Shown in pieces: positions 60,950-64,000 of a stretch of DNA of 64,000 nucleotides (its first letter is position 1; the number at the start of each line of letters is the position of its first letter). The stretch covers positions 22,196,001 to 22,260,000 of the forward strand of contig CM052831.1 of assembly GCA_028534125.1 (NCBI GenBank), read 5' to 3'. The notes beneath the pieces are model-generated. The model did no database searches, was not told where the DNA came from, and saw nothing but the letters and a program-made list of their open reading frames with translations. This DNA comes from Lama glama (taxonomy: Eukaryota). A program made the position numbers and the translations under genes.

Positions 60950-63900
60950 CTGAGAACCGGCTCCTCGGGACAGTTCTCACACTGCAGTGCCTCTGGTGAG
61001 GAGACAGCGCCACTGAGGTGAGCTGGGGGATCGGGGCACCGCCAGGCGCGGGCAGCCGGAGCTCTGGGGGGGCGGGCAGATGGGCAGAGGGGGCAGCCCA
61101 GCTTGCCGCTTCTCTGCCCAGGGCAGTAAGACCAGCAGTCGGAGTGCCAGCTTCATATTCCTGGTGGTCAGCTGGAGCGGAGGACAGAGGGACAGCCAGT
61201 TGGCTGCAGGGGGCAAAGCTAGCCGGGGGGTGGCAGGCTCTGTCCCTGCCTTGGTGCCTGGCTTCTCCGGGTGGCTCTGGGCTGAGGGGGACCCAACTGG
61301 GTGGGAGGGGGCTGGGCTGCCCAGAACAGCCATCCTAAAGGTCTGAGTGCATACCCAGTCCGAGAGCCCAGGGCTGGGACCTTGCCTCTGGCTGGTCTGT
61401 GGCTACGAGGTTGCCGGGTGGCAGCAGTGGCACTGTCCATCGGGCTGTGACCCCACAAGTGCCAGTTCCTGGGGGGGGTGTGGTTGCTATTCAGGGATGT
61501 GCTGGACTGCTTCCACTGCTCAGGTGGGGGTGTGAGCAGAGGAGAGATCTGCCCCTGCTACAGCCTGGCTGCTTTCACCCCAAGCTACTGACCAGACCCC
61601 ACAGAGCCACATGGGGGAGGGGCACATCTCCCTCCCCTAAGGGTCTCTGATCAGCTCCCCCCAGATAGGGCTCCAGGATAGCTTTACCCAGGGCTGCAAA
61701 CAGTAGGGATCCGGGTCTGAGCCCAGATGTTGCTGTGGTCAGCTTCTTGGGGTGAACAGCAAGAAAGGGAGGAACGCCTTGGGTTGGGGGCAGCAGGGAG
61801 AGAACAGGTGAAGACAGAGCCCTGGCTCTTGAATGAGACTACAACTGTGATTACTGGAGGTGACCCAGGGATACACCGAGATGATGTTGGGCAGGTGGGT
61901 GGGAGTCAATGGAAGGGGCAGAAGCCAGTGCCAGGGGCTCCGCCCCCTTCTCAGCCAGAGCTGGGGATGGAGAGATTGGGCTGGATGGGGACAGGGTGTG
62001 CTACTCACACTTCCCCAGAAAGGTGAGCAGGGAGGCTCTGCTAGAGAAGGGGCAGGAAAGGCCAGGAGTGTGAGGGAGACCGAGGGGGAAATTCCCAACA
62101 GGGTGCATCTTGGAGGCCAGCCCCTGGCATTATGGCTAGGGCAGAGTCAGATCCTACAGCTCCCTGAACCCCCAGGGAGCCAGCAGTGGACAAGATCATG
62201 GTGGGTAGTGATCCCATGAGGCAGAGCTACGAAGGGGCATCTGTCCCCCTAAGACTGGGCAGATGGGGCACTTGCATCTGGGGGCCAACTCTTCCTGGCC
62301 CTCTTCCGTGACTAGAGCCTCCACATCTGAGCTGGCAACAACCCTTCCCAGATGGAGTAACATGGACAGAGAGGGGGAATCAGAGCTGTGGGCATCAATT
62401 CTTAGGGGCTGAGGTGATCACCCTGAGCCCACCTCCCACCCCCAGGCTCTACAGGGCAGCCTGAGCCAGGGGAAATGGGAGAGCAGAGCCTCAGGACGGG
62501 CCCCCTGACTGCCCAGGGAGGGATCAACCCTCAGACATCCCTGTCTCAGGGAGAAAGTCATCCTTCCTGACCTGAGCACAGATCACCTCAGCTCTGTGGC
62601 CCTATCTCTCTGCTGTAGCCTGCCTAGGCCACTGGCTTCCCCACCACTCAGAATGTGTCAGTGCCCCCCCCCATATAACCCCTGTCTTCCCCTAGCACAC
62701 CTGAATCCTCCCACCCAACTAGGGACTCCTGGGGTCAAGCCAGCTCTCCCCTACCCAGCCTAGGCCTGATCCTGTCCCTCACTTGTAATCCAGATACAGA
62801 GGGATCAGGCTGCCCCGCCTACTTTTCTGAGATCAGAGGGGACTCTCTCCCAGGCTGGGTCAGCTTACTCTAGCTCCAGCTGACTCCCTCACCACTGGCT
62901 CTGTGACCTCCCAGGGCATTGTGTACCCCAACAGCCATTAAAAACTCAAGTACCACTCCTGCCAGTGCCAGTCCAGTGCCAGACAGCAAGAGTCACTCAC
63001 TAGGCCTCAGTCAGTGAGCAATAAGGCCTCACTGACTCAACCCTGGCCCTGCCTGGAAGAGGGGGGCCTCCTTGAGCGAAGAACTCCCTGAGCTTCTCCT
63101 TGGAAGAAGTCAACACCTTTCCCTTCCTTCTCTCCCTCCCTGAGCTCCCTTCCACAGAGCTTTCCTACCCACATCCATCTGCTGCCGACACCTCCCCAGA
63201 GAGGTGAGCAGAACAAGGATGCTGTCCCCATTAGATAGAGGAGAAAACCAAGGCTTGGAGAAAAGAAGGTGGCAAGGCCAGAATAAGGACCTAGGATGCG
63301 ACTCCCACTCCAGTACTCCTTCCAGGTTTTTTAACTGCCACCTTGATGAGAGCCTACATGAGGGTGGGGTGCCTATGCTCACCAAAGTCCACCAGTGGCC
63401 CAGCCTCTTTGTCTCCCAATCTCTCATGCCCTGATGGCATTCCCAGGGGCAGAGGGGCTGAGTGACTTGCAGGGACGTTTAAGCCAGGGCTTCCAGCCTT
63501 CGTTACAGAGTGGGCATCTAAAGGGTCACCTGGGCTGGCTGAAGGCTGCCAGGATGAGGCTGCTGAGCACCAGGCAGAGGGGAGGTGGAGAGAGATTCCT
63601 GAGCCTGGTGATGCACCTCTCTCCCACCTGGGGCACCTCCTGCACCTCCTTGAAGGTCCCCAGCCCCCGCCCTATGGTAAGGAAGGCCATAGCATCAAAG
63701 TCCTAAGACAGCCTCATGGTACCCCTCCTTGCTAGGAAACCTCAGGGGCCTGCCTCTGCTGTCAGTGTGAAATGTGACCCTTTCACCCAGGCACTAGGCC
63801 CTCTGCCAATTGGCCTCAACCACACTTTATGGCCTCCATGCCAAACTTGCCTCACTATCTCCCCAACATCCTAACCACACCAAACTGTGTGTGTCCCCCA

Positions 63901-64000
63901 CCCCAGGGTGGAGCAGAACACAGCTCAGAGGCCCACTTAGTGATTGGTTGTGGGTTGAACTGGATACACACACGCCCACACATGTTCCCCTGTGCATACA

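Noticed and set aside
1-64000. CRISPR arrays, rRNA, operons or prokaryotic defence systems
   Set aside because: The sequence is mammalian and shows no repeat-spacer arrays or rRNA-like segments

Overview
Mammalian genomic DNA, very probably a camelid (two tRNA-derived SINEs of the camelid Vic-1 type). Positions ~46.4 kb down to 1 hold the 5' part of DNAH1 (axonemal inner-arm dynein heavy chain 1) on the minus strand. I reconstructed by hand a putative first exon in a CpG-rich promoter and 35 coding exons (numbered 2-36, 5768 nt, about 1922 codons from the MEQPN ATG at 43894). All introns are GT-AG, every splice phase fits, and I saw no stop or frameshift. The exons cover the tail, linker, AAA1 ([15 protein letters not shown]) and the start of AAA2 (GPTGSGKS); the gene continues past the left edge. 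Intron 8 (~13 kb) holds a nested stack of retroelements that includes a processed PPIA pseudogene. The ~17.5 kb upstream has no credible protein gene but carries RFX X-boxes, two homeodomain-motif clusters and a candidate + strand non-coding exon, possibly part of the GLYCTK-AS1/miR-135a-1 host unit. I found no convincing new biological system. The most novel candidate is an in-frame upstream ATG in exon 1 whose inclusion would depend on which of several 5' splice sites is used. Repeat subfamily names and human comparisons are from memory, not from a search.
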